A program made the position numbers and the translations under genes. 64,000 nt of DNA from Piromyces finnis finn (lineage: Eukaryota; Fungi; Neocallimastigomycota): positions 248,001 through 312,000 of the forward strand of contig MCFH01000052.1 of NCBI GenBank assembly GCA_002104945.1. Reading direction: 5' to 3'. Positions 13,167 through 25,732 of the stretch are shown here, piece after piece. The notes under the pieces were generated by a model. The model had not been told where the DNA came from, ran no database searches, and worked only from the letters and a program-made list of their open reading frames with translations. Every line of letters starts with the position of its first letter. Positions within the stretch are counted from its first letter, which is position 1.

Positions 13167-16100
13167 TTAATTATATGCTATAGAAGCATAATGTCGTCCA
13201 CTTTTTAAATGTTTTTGATAAATGAATTGGTTACATGGATTGTCTTCTACTTCACTTGCTGGTACTCAATTGTAAGTGGGGCGGTATTTATATCGAATTT
13301 TATATTCATATCATTGTTGTTTATAATTTGTACGGAATCCAGATATTTCAACTATATCTTTTATTGATTCTGGATCAGCAATTATATTTAAAAATTCTTT
13401 TGGAGTTGGTTTATAAGGTTACAACTCAGATACATGAAATATTGGATAGTGTTTGGGGAAAGGTGATTTTTTGATATCAATTTCATAATTGTTATTTCTT
13501 AAAACTTGTGTTATTTTATATGGACCATATTTGCAAGGAGCTAATTTGGAACTATTTTCGATATTTAGAGAAGGTGGGGCTTGAATCCAAACTAGATAAT
13601 CAATTTTAAATTTTGGAGCTTCTAAACGACTTCTATCCACTCTTCTTTTATACAATTCTTTGGAGCGTAGTAACACTTCTTTTATGTGGTTGAATGCATC
13701 ATTAACGTTTTGAACTAGTTTATGATTAATATTACATTGTGGTAATAGGGTCATTTCATCCATCGGAGGATGAAAACCATAATTAATGAAGAATGGTGTT
13801 TCTTTGGTTGATTCATTAACAGCATTGTTATAAGCGAATTCTGCAAGTGGAAGCCAGTCAACCCAGTCGTCATGATAGAAAGACTTGGAATAACATCTAA
13901 GATACTGTTCAATAAAAGAATTTGATCTCTCAACCTGTCCAACAGTTTCATGGTGGTCAGTAGTAGCTATTCTTGGATGAATATATAATAAATCCAAAAA
14001 TTCGAGCCAAACATCACTTGTAAATTGCGAGCCTCTATCAGTATATAGGTCATAAGGGAGACCATGTAAACGATATACATTATTCAAAAAAGCTTTTACA
14101 GTCTGTGCTGCATTTGGAATTTGTTTAAACGGAACTAGGTGAATCATCTTGGAAAAGCGGTCAACCACTACCATAATAACGGAGTACCCTTTAGACTCAG
14201 GAAGGCCACAAATAAAGTCAATCTCTATAGATTTCCATGGACGTTCTGGAGTATCTAAAGGTTGCAATTTCCCATACTTACGATGTCTAGTTACTTTATT
14301 TCTTGCGCATGTTCCTCAAGAATTAACAAATTTAGTGACATCATCCTTAATTTTAGGCCACCAAAAATTTCGAGTTATCAATTCTAAAGTCCTTTTTATA
14401 CCAAGATGTCCAGCAGAGGGTTGTTCATGATATTTCATAAGAACATCTAAACGTAGTTTTTCAGGAATATAAACTAAATTATTATATAGAATAAGATTAT
14501 TTTTTAATTCAAACTTGTTCATTTTCCTAAATGGTTTATAAGCCTTTTGGTCATTATATGGGCTGAAATATAACATAATATCCTTAGCGGTTTCATCGTC
14601 CTTTAAGTATTGAATAACTTGTTCCAAGAAGTTACTCATGATACCTATGAAGCTTGGTATTAGTTTTACATTTTTTGAGTCTAAAATAAATTCTGGCTTT
14701 ACTTCATAAGTCTTATCCATGTAGTCAGGTCTGCGAGATAGACTATCAGGTTTACCATTCTTACGACCTTTTCTGTATATAAGTTCAGAATCGTATTCTT
14801 GAAAGAAAATGTGCCAACGATGTTGTCTTTGATTACCTACCTTTCCTCCAAGAGTATAAAGTAAGTTTCTATGATCAGTGTAAACTTTTATTTTGTACTT
14901 AGCACCAAGAAGAAGGTGCCTCCAAGTAGAGAAAGAATCCTTAATGGCTAATAATTCTTTATCTGTTATAGAATAGTTAACTTCAGAACTACTGAGACTT
15001 CTGGAGTAGTAAGCAACAGGATTTAAACGATTTTCTGAATCATATTGAGATAGTATAGAACCAATAGCAACATTACTTGCATCACATTCTAAAATATATT
15101 GTTTTTGAGGATCAGGATGTGATAAAATAGGTGCGGAAGTTAAACGAGTTTTTAAAATGTTAAATGAGGATTCACATTCTGTAGACCACTTGAACTTTGC
15201 ATTCTTTTTTGTTAAGTTGTGGAGGGGTTTAGCCAAGTCTGCAAAATTCATTACAAAGCGTCTATAGTAGTTGCAAAGACCTAAAAATCTTTGTACATCC
15301 TTAACTGTGGTAGGAGTAGGCCAATTTTTGATTAATTCTATCTTTTTTGGGTTGGTAGCAATTCCTGAACCTGAAATAACATACCCTAAGAATTCAACTT
15401 GTGGTTTGTCGAATTCACATTTAGTAAGCTTAGCATACAAATTATTTTCTAATAGTTTAGAAAGAACTTCACGTACATGTTAGTGGTGTTCTTCTATGGT
15501 TTTTGAAAATATAAGAATATCATCCAAATAGAGAATAACAGATTTTTCTAAGAAAGGTCTGAGAACAGAATTTATAAATGCCTGGAAAGTAGCAGGAGCA
15601 TTGCGTAAACCAAATGGCATCACTAAATATTCATAGTGAACAAATTTTGTGCGAAAAGCAGTTTTATATTCGTCACCATTTCTTATTCTAACTAAATTAT
15701 AAGCAGAGCGTAAGTCGAGCTTGGTGAAATAATTTGCACCTTTGACACGTTCGATAATGTCGGTAATAAGTGGTATTGGGTAGGAATTACGTATCGTTAC
15801 AGAATTGAGTTTTTATAATCAATACAAACTCTAAGAGTACCATCTTTCTTTTTCTGAAACACCACTGGATATCCTGCGGGTGATTCGGATGGTCTAATAA
15901 AGCCTTTTTTTAAATTTTCCTTGATATACTCTTCTAAAACTTTTGATTCTTCTTCTGAAAAAGGATAGATGGGACCATAATGAAGAGTAGCATCTTTTTC
16001 TAGTACTATTTTGCAATCTGTAATTCTATGTGGCGGTAGTTTATCAGCTTCTTGTTTGCTGAAAACTTTTGCCAAATCTCGATAGGGTTCTGGAATATCC

Positions 16101-17974
16101 TCAATAGTATGTTCTTCTAAATTGCTTACTTCTTCTGGTTTTTCGGACAAAAAAGTATGAATTAAATAATTATAATTATATCTATCATAATTATTTTTAT
16201 TTAATATAACTTTTTTAGAAAATTTGGAACGTTTAGATTTGAATTTGTGGAATCGACCATTTTTCTTCTTCTTAAAGGTTTTGGATCTGAAATAAAAATT
16301 ATGAATTTTATTTTTTAAATTATAAAAAGTAGCGGAATATTTTTTATTATTATTTACACCTGTAGAAGTGGTAGGTGTAGTATTCTTATCATTTCTATTA
16401 TGAGAAATAAATTTTTCTAAATTTAAAAACTTAGTAGTATGCTTCATATTGAATTTCTTTTTGTTAAAATCATTTTAAATTTGAATATAAATATTTTTAT
16501 TATAATTATAATGAATTTCATATTTGGACATGAATATATTTCCAAATAATAAATCTGTCGGAATATAATCCGCTAGTAAAAATTTTTCTTTGAAATGATG
16601 AAATGAAATTTATTGTTGATAAATAGTTTTAACTGGAAGTTTAGGTTGATATATTCATCAAGTTCAATTGAAGTACCACTGATACCTTGTACAGTGATAA
16701 CATTATTCATTTTATGAGAATGTAATTGTAATGTACGTAATAGTTTGTACGACATAAAATTACAATAAGATCCACTATCTAATAGTGATGTACATATAGT
16801 TTTATTATGTATTTTATTTGTACCTCCATTATTGGATAATATATATGTATTAAAAGTAAAAAATGTTGGAGGTAATGTATTATCTTTATTGATAATGGGA
16901 AAAGTGTAGTTTAATATTTTTATATTCGAGTGGTGATGGGACTTCAATGGAAGTCCTTTATTTAGTTTTTTGAACTAATTTTTTGAGCCTTATAATTGTT
17001 GTTATAGTAATTATTATTATGTTTTTGGAAGTTATTGTTATTGTTGTTATTGTATGGTCTGTGGTGGTTGAAATGTGAATTTCTTTTCTTGTTAGACTTG
17101 GAACTAGAAAACTGGTTAATCTTATTCTTTGTAGAAAGAGAACTTTCAATCAAAATACATCTAGTTATAATGGACTCCATAGTGGTTGGAAATACCTCCA
17201 TCTTTTCAATTTCTTCTGATATTTTGGATGTAACCCATTGTAAAAGATTAAAGATAATGCTTCTTCATTCCATTTAAATTGTTGTGAAAGAGAGCAGAAT
17301 TCTTCGATATAATCATTAATTTTACCATATTGTTGTTTTAAACACATTATTTTGATTTTAGCTATCTTGTAACTAACAGTATTGGAGAAAGCAATTCTTA
17401 ATCCATCCAATAATTCTTGCATGGTAGCTGGATAAATATTATCCATGTACTTGGCAAGATACCAATTTCTAGCAGCATCACGAAGACGGAATTGTACAAA
17501 ATTAATTTTTGTTTCTTCTGGTAAAGTTCGATTTGGTAGAGTTTTAAAAGTATCTTCACATAATTGACAAAATAGATCGGTATCACTAGTCTTACCGGAA
17601 AACATACCTGGATCTGGGACTTGAGTAATTGGAGTAGCAAAACGACCTCTCATGATAACATCATGATCTAAATCAAATCTTGAAGTAGATTCATCATCTC
17701 TAAAGGCATTAGGTCTTGGAGTAGCTATCCTATCATAATTGTTATGTAACAATGGTTGTTCATCTTCATTCCGAGTAGCTTGACTATTATTCATACTGGT
17801 TAATACTCCCATGATTTCATTTAAACGATTATTCACATCATTGGAAAAATTTTGAAAATCTTCACGGAAAACCAAATTTTCATTGATACCCTCAATGATA
17901 TCTTTGGCAGTCTGAGTAGCATCCTCTCTAAGTTGGTTTACCTCGTCTGGGAAGTTAGGAACTGGAGTAAACAT
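13167..17974 (-). pseudogene. gag-pol: Gypsy-2 gag-pol, disrupted
   Basis: Gag MFTPVPNF...RLRDAARNWY with no CCHC seen, LLDSGS protease, RT (SPAGYPVVFQKKKDG; YLDD), RNase H, integrase (EIDFI, TDRG, VERSN, GPY) and a divergent chromo-like tail. Confidence 0.92.
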
Positions 17975-17998
17975 TTTAAAGTAGCCACTAAACTGCGG

Positions 17999-18009
17999 GT
18001 AAAGATTAT
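17999..18009 (-). promoter_or_regulatory. Gypsy-2 primer-binding site ATAATCTTTAC (self-priming type)
   Basis: Abuts the 5' LTR. Perfectly complementary to GTAAAGATTAT inside LTR-A (11994-12004, minus). Confidence 0.75.
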
Positions 18010-18999
18010 TGTTAAGTTTGGGTTTGGTTATGTGGCCAGATCAGAATATTATTAATTATATAGTAAATATGTTTTTTAAGAAATTAAATTTAAATATAAA
18101 ATAACACTTTAAACTTCCAAATGAAAAATTAATATTTATTTTTTAGAATAACTTTTTTTTAAAATTTTATTTATTTAGTAATAATAATATAAATGATAAT
18201 ATATTTAATAACTATATAATTAAGATTATAACTATAATCTTTATAAAGAATTAAAATCGAATTCAATTCATTCTCTTTTATATTCTTTGTTCAGATTATT
18301 AAATTGATAAAAATAAAGTATTACATGTAATATATTAATAATATAATAAGATTGTTTGTTTGTTTGTTTATTTGTCATGACATAGAAATAAAATAAACAT
18401 ATGATTAATCATTTAAACACTTGATCCGTTAACCTATTTTATAATAATTAAAATTATTTAATTTATAGATGTTAACTGTTACACCTAAATGGTTTAGTTC
18501 TATTTTTAGTAATAGTCATTATCATTAATTAAATTAATATAATTAAAATTTCTATTGATATATTTTTAATTTTCGTCAAGTCATAAGAAATGTCTATGAT
18601 CCATACTTGATATCCTATTGATTTTAATATACCAATTAAAATCTTTAAATGACCATATCTTCCTTAAATGACCAGTTAGAAGGACCGCGATTGTACCAAA
18701 ATATAGCTTTTCCTTTAAGCTTTCTAATAAACTTGGTTTCACAGCCGTAGTACTTACAGCCGTAACGATCGTTTTTAGCGAGTTATGCCTAGTTTCGTGT
18801 TTGTTTATTTTTGGTTAAGGGTTAAAGTGTATTGATATTAAATTTTTGAAATCATAACCCTTTCACTGAATCAAAATTTAAAAGGTGACTTTTAAAGGTG
18901 TTTTAAAATAATTATTGAAATTATTTAACTATAATTTTTATGTTTAATTAATTATAGATATTATCTGAATTTGTTTTAAATCTAGTTAATATCTTCACA
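18010..18999 (-). repeat. Gypsy-2 5' LTR (family A)
   Basis: TGTTAAG...CTTCACA on plus, followed by TCGTG. Confidence 0.9.
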
Positions 19000-19050
19000 T
19001 CGTGTTTATTAAGCTAGTTTTTATTATGTTTTTATGTAAGTAGCGTATCA
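19000..19050. repeat. Terminal ~50 bp of LTR family H
   Basis: Matches 56274-56324; ends GCGTATCA, followed by AAAA. Confidence 0.7.
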
Positions 19051-21040
19051 AAAATGCTACGGTTCAAATAAGATATCACAATACACTTCAATAGTTATAA
19101 AAATAAAAATTTATTTAATTTTAATTTTTATTCATTTAATTTATTTTTGATTTTTCAAATTTTAAATTTTTCTCAAAATTCCTCCTACTTTTTCCAACTA
19201 TCCATCATTTGAAATTTAATAATTTTGGATAGCTAAGGATTTAAATTAATTTCATTCATAATATATGGATCATTCACTGTAACATATATTAATTAAATCC
19301 TTAATATATATTATGAATAATCTCTTAATATTTGAATAGAAAAATTTTTAATTTATAATTAATAAATTTTTAATTTATGATATGTGTAATATTTTTGCAT
19401 ATCATATATTATATATTCAATTATAGCATATAATAAAATTATATTATTCAATTAATTATGCCCTTTTTTAGACATAAATAATAATTTTTCTGTCGAGGTA
19501 TCTTCTGTTTTGTGTGTAATAGTTGCATTTTTTAGTAAAAATTATAATTAAATTCTATGTCATAATTTTAAATTATAAAATATTATACAATAAAGTTAAT
19601 TAATAAAATAAGCATTAAATAATAATAAAATACCTATAACTATTTTAATAATAAAATTTGGTAAAATTTTATAAGTATAAAATATTATAAGTAATTATAC
19701 TAATACTAGTAATAAAGGTCTTAAATAACTATATACAAATAATATAACTATATAATAAAAATATTAATAATTACTAGAAAAATGTATAAAAATTATATAT
19801 TATAATTTTTATATTTTAAAAATAGAGTTAAACACTAATAAGGAATATAAATAGTTGAAGGTTAAATCCTAAAATTCTAGCTAATTCAACTATTTATGTT
19901 CATTTATTAGCGAAAATAAGTGTTTAATATTATCTTAATTTATAATTAAATAGTTATAAAAGTGATAATATTCTTATCAATTAATAAAAAAAAGGATTTA
20001 AAATAAATTTTTATTATAAAGTTATTTGAAATATTTTAATTCAACATAACGATTATTAACAAAATATAAAAGTTATGTTTTAAAAACACAATTAAAAATA
20101 TATTTTTGAATCAACTCTTTATTTAATAAATTTATTAAAAGTATTGATTGATTTTTAAATTAGGAAATAATTACATGTATTTATAATTTTCTTTCTGTTT
20201 TAACTTTTTAAAATAAAATATTAATATGTGATATGAAATATTAAATAAAACTCTAATTATTAATAAAATTATTTTATTAATAATTACACAAAATAAATTA
20301 AAATAGTCATGTAATAACGTGACTAAAAGCAATTGAGGCGTAAATATATTCACACGATAAAATAAATTTAAGTGATAACATAAATTTATTTTATTAATTT
20401 AAATAATAAAAACATAAAATTATAACATAATTTTATGTTATGTAAATAATTTCTTTTATTTATTATTTTTATTTATAATATTTTATATTTTATATTTATA
20501 TTTATTATATTTTTATTATACTTTATTAAATATTTTTATACTTTTTATACTAGTTATTATATATTTATTAATTAAACAAACAAAACAGAGCTTATAATTA
20601 TTAAAAGATATATAAATGCATTATTATTTCTTATAATTAAATCTTTGCTTCTGTATTTCTAGCCAAAAATTTATATTTAATAAAATTAATTTTAAAAACA
20701 TTAATACATAAAGTTTCTCCCTAAAAAGGAAATAGAACCGAGTTATATCATATGTTTTTAAATAATAATGAATAATAAATAAAAGAAATAATTTATTTTA
20801 AAGTAATTAATTTAATTAATATAATACTATTTTACTATTTAAAATGTTATTTATACTATGTTTATTTTATAACAAAAATATAATTTAAACTGAGTTTTAA
20901 TAAATAATTTTTATACTTTTAATTAAACATTTAAATATTATTATTATTTATTATTTATTTTTAAGTTGTTTTGAGGGTTAGTTTATATCAAGATTATAAT
21001 TTCATATTTATTAATTCCAATTTATATAAAAATTTCTGAA

Positions 21041-21122
21041 GTCAGTTTGTCCGAGTGGTTAAGGAGTCAGACTTGAAATCTGATGGGCTTTGCCCGCGCA
21101 GGTTCAAACCCTGCAGCTGACG
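21041..21122 (+). tRNA. tRNA-Ser(TGA): tRNA-Ser, anticodon TGA, intronless, long variable arm
   Basis: Acceptor GTCAGTT/AGCTGAC+G, anticodon arm TCAGA-CTTGAAA-TCTGA, T-loop GGTTCAAACC, downstream T6 terminator. Confidence 0.96.
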
Positions 21123-23319
21123 AAAAAATTTTTTAAATGTAAAAATATATAATTTTTATCTATTAATTTTTATATTTTTAAATGCAATGTATATATAATA
21201 TTATTTATAAACATTAATTTTATTTAGGATTTTAATTAATAAATATATAATTATTACTAAATAAATAAAAAATTTCTTATGAATGATAAATGATTTTATA
21301 TTAAATTTTGTAAAAAAAATTAATAATTAAATCTCATTTAGCTATATTGTTAGAACATAATAGAATTGATCAATTACTTTGAAGTTTATTGAATTAATTT
21401 AAATAATACATTTCAAATATATTTTTTTTGTAACATTAAAGCGCATTCTTATGATCTAATTTAATACCTTTCATAATAATTGGCACAAGTCGCAGAATAA
21501 TACAAATGTAAGTGTAATCTTCTTAAATTGCTAATAAAACATTTTATTAATAAATAAAGTTTTATATTAAAACATAAAATTCATACACACTAAATATATA
21601 ATAATAAATGCTTATTTGCCTTTTTCTATTAATATAGATTATCCTTAACTATTTTTAATATAATTATTTATTATTAATTATTTATTATATTATTTTTCTT
21701 TAATACTAATGCTAAAGAATAAGCATTTATTTGTTCGTTTTCTTTTATAATATTATTAATCTATATTAACATTTGTTTAATATTTAATTGTATTTTTTAC
21801 TATTTAACTATAAAAATAATAAATATTAATTATTTAAATATAATGTTTTATTATATTGTATATAAGTTATTAATATTAAATTATTAAATCCTTATAATAT
21901 TACAATATTATTATATAATATGGGTTATTTTTATGTAAAAAAAAATTTAATTTTAAGTAATATATATTTTATTAATAACTTTATTATTTATATTTCAATA
22001 TTTTCTTCTCTCTAAATACAAAAGCGTTTATCCTGGCGCTTTTAACTAATTAAACTTAACTGAAACTATAAGCTCTTTTTAATAATCATTATTCTCTAGT
22101 TTATTTATATTAATGAGGAGTACTTAATAATTAGTTGTCCAATTATAGGACTGAAATTATATGAATTATACATTTGCATTATTCTTTTAATTTATAGAGA
22201 ATTATATAAATTTAATATTAATAATAATTTACTAATAATATGTTAAAGTCACATATTGGTTTTATATCAGAAATTCTCTCGCTAAAGTATAATTTGAGAT
22301 ATAAAAATTATATTAAGTGTATTAGATCATAATATTAATTTTCTAGCTATTTAACTAAATTCTAAAATTTTGAAAGTAAAAATGAATAAAAAATGTTAAT
22401 AAAGTTATTTTAATTTTTTGTTTACTAATTATTATTAGTATTATTAGTGTTATTTAATTTAATTTTAGTATTTTATTTATTAATTATTAATTGTAACGTA
22501 TAAAGGTTTTGCACCTTTTCCAAGAAATTGTTGATATAATTTGATAATAATCTTAATTTTGAAATTTATTTCAAAAAGTTATTATTATATTATATCTTTG
22601 ATTATAACTATATATAAGTTATATGGATTAGAATTTGAAATTGTTTTTATGAAAATTAATAAAATTGTTTTATTACAACACACTAAATTGTTTTATTAGA
22701 AGCACTCGCTTTTCTAATATTTAAATATTTAAAATTTTATTTATTAAATTATTAAAATGATTATTAAAATTATAAAAATATTAATTAACTATATAATATT
22801 TTCTTTATTAATAATAATTACAATGATTAAAATAAGAATATTTACATGTATTTATATTTTCTTTTAAATTTAAACTATTTACAATAAAAGTAATAAAAGT
22901 AATTAGAAATAACAATAAAAGAAATAATTAAAAGTTAAAGAATATAAAAAGTTGTTTATTTTACAATTAATTAAGTAATAATTATTTTTAGTATTTTAAT
23001 AAAAATGTTTAATTATATAATTTTATAACATGAATTATTATATTTGTTTACTTTTAAAGTGTAATTTACTAACGAAGTTATTAAATATTTAATTTAACAA
23101 TTAATTTAACAAAAGTTATATATTTTGATCTCGATTAATTAAAGTTTATTATTTTCTTTCAATAATCAAAATATATGCAGTGTTAAGGATTAATTTCATT
23201 TTAGAATTTTAGTAAAGTAATTAATTAAACTATAACTTGTTTTAGGTTACTTTTAGGGTTAACTTAAAAATCAAGTATAATAACAATTTATATTTATTAA
23301 TTTTATTATTTTTCATTGT

Positions 23320-23873
23320 TAATAAAAAATTAAATTTATAAATTAAATATTATTATAATAACATTATTTTAAACACAGATTAATATAAATTAAATTAGTA
23401 CTAAAATATTTATATAAATTATTAATTTTAAAATTATAAATGTAAACAAGAAATTACTTATTTATTTATTTGCTTATTAATTAAATAGTTAATTATTGTT
23501 TATTAATATAATACTTTAAAAATAATATAAATGTATAAATAGTGTTAGAATTACTTTATTTTAAAAATTGTTCCTAAAAATACTGTAAAATTAGATATTT
23601 ATATAATTTATATAAAATAATATTTGTAATTATAATAATATACATACGAGATGTATTGAATAATAATAACATATATATATTTAATAATACAAGAGTTATT
23701 AAATATTAAAACTTTATAATTAAATAAAATAATTTTATATTTTAAACTAACAAAGACAAATGAACAAGTATAAAAATCATTTATTTTTATTTTCTTATTT
23801 TTATTTTTTAGATACAAATATTATCACTTTCTATAGTAAAATATAGAATTAAGATAATATTTTCCTTGTATCA
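23320..23873 (+). mobile_element. Solo LTR-G (empty TCACT site at 23824-23828)
   Basis: Collinear with 60869-61445. Start TA (from TG), end GTATCA, 4-bp TSD TTGT. Confidence 0.75.
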
Positions 23874-24883
23874 TTGTATTTCGGGGTTCTATAAGCTGGC
23901 TTCGCCGTCAGGTTGTTGGACGCTGATCTACTTGTCATGTGTTTGACTCCTGATTCTCTATATTGTGGATTAAATATAGCAATCGCTATATTTAATCCAT
24001 AATATTTGTCTATTTCTATTTCTTCTTTTTTATTTAAATAATTGAAGTTACCAATCAATATGAATGATGTTTATTCATAATTATTAAATAAGAATATTTA
24101 TAAATAGTAAATATAAATAATTTATAAAATTCATGTAAATTTAGTCTTTAGAATTAATATTAAGATTAATTTGTATTAATAATATTAAATAATAAAATTA
24201 TTAATAAAATATACTATTAATACAAAAAATAGTTAATTAGTGTTGTGTTAACCTGAGTCTCTCGTGTTGTTATAATAAAATAAAATAGATGAAATTTATA
24301 TGACTTGATATAAAAATAATATGTGACTTGAACATATTATTATATTAGTAATTTTTCCTAATATTAAATTTATATAGTTTTATAAGAATATTAATTATTT
24401 CTATAATGTATATAAGAATTTAATGTAAATGTCTGACAAATATAATAGTATGTAATGTAACAGAATAATGTAGATGTATAATCCACATAATTCTAGCATT
24501 ATCATTGGACAATTAGTTATTAAGTAAGCCTCATTTGTATAAATACTAGGTAATAATTATTATTAATGGGGCTTCTTGTTTTTAGAAAAGTTTAATAGTT
24601 AAGTACTATAGAATTAACGTTGTAGTATTTAGACAGAATAATATTGAAAAGTAACAAATGAAGTTATTAATAAAATATATATTATTAAAGTTAAATTCTT
24701 TCTACATAAAATTTACCTGTATCAGACTGAATGTGCATACATTACATTAAATATATTATTTACATACATAAAACAATGCTATTAACATAAAAAATGAATT
24801 ATACATAGAAATATTTATTTACATAATATCATGCATGTATTAATTATTTTAACTATAGTTATTAATATTTAGATTATATAACA

Positions 24884-25727
24884 CTCCCCCTCAAATCAGT
24901 ATTTAATTATTAAATACTTAATTTGCAAAGTTTTTAATTTTATTACCATTAACATTTTTAGTTAATGTATCTGCTAACATTTTGTTAGTTTCAATATATT
25001 CTAATTTAATAATATTTTTATTAATGTTATCATTATTAAAATGATATTTAATTGAAATATGTTTTAATTTTGGATTTAAGTCTCCATTTTTCATTGAGGT
25101 TTTACTTGCCATATTGTCAGTAAAGATTTTTATTGGTTTGCTAAAATGAAATAATTCATATAAAATATATTTGTAATATAAAATCTTTTTAATACATAAT
25201 GAAGTGCTTACATATTCCGCTTCTGCTATAGACGTAGCTACATTATCTTGCTTTCTGGAATTCAAAGATATTGGATCATTTCTCATTAAGATAATGTTAC
25301 CAGAAGTAGATTTTCTATCCTTAACGTCGTTTGCGAAGTCTGAATCTGTGTAAGCTACTATGTCTCCTTTACTATGGTATGTAATTTTATAATTTCTATT
25401 GGAGTTTAAATATTTTAAGATATTTACAACTTTGACCCAGTATGAAACTGTTGGGTTTTCGGCATACCTAGTTGCTTCATTGACAACAAAAGAGATATCA
25501 AGTCTCGTACATCTAGCTAAAAAGGATAGCATTCCTATAGCACTCTTGTATTTTGTTTTATCGAAGGGCTTTCTTGTTTTCTGACAATACATTGTCTCCG
25601 ACACATGGCGTATTTACGGCTCTACTGATATTAATGTTGAACTTATTTAAAATATTATTAATCATACTAATTTAATAGTATAATTATTATTGTTGTTTTC
25701 AACTTTGATTCCTAAGATGCAATCTAC
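24884..25727 (-). pseudogene. Copia-3 fragment: RT C-terminus and RNase H with PPT; 3' LTR runs leftward from 24883 (far end unresolved)
   Basis: YTDSDFAND...KSTSG...IAEAEY...KHISIKYH on minus; PPT GAGGGGGAG followed by TGTTATA. Confidence 0.88.
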
Positions 25728-25732
25728 TGGGC

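Larger units (their letters stand above)
11767..18999 (-). mobile_element. Gypsy-2: full-length decayed Ty3/Gypsy element with family-A LTRs
   Basis: Two ~1-kb LTRs, PBS at 17999-18009, purine tract (AGGGAGGGCGT on minus) abutting the 3' LTR, gag-PR-RT-RH-INT on minus. Flanks AAATT and TCGTG do not match. Confidence 0.9.

Noticed and set aside
23960-24020. Helitron 3' end
   Set aside because: No CTRR at the expected distance on either strand.
20171-24058. ORFs 20171..20353, 23608..23817, 23849..24058
   Set aside because: AT-rich chance ORFs; two lie in or end within LTR-G; no recognisable product.
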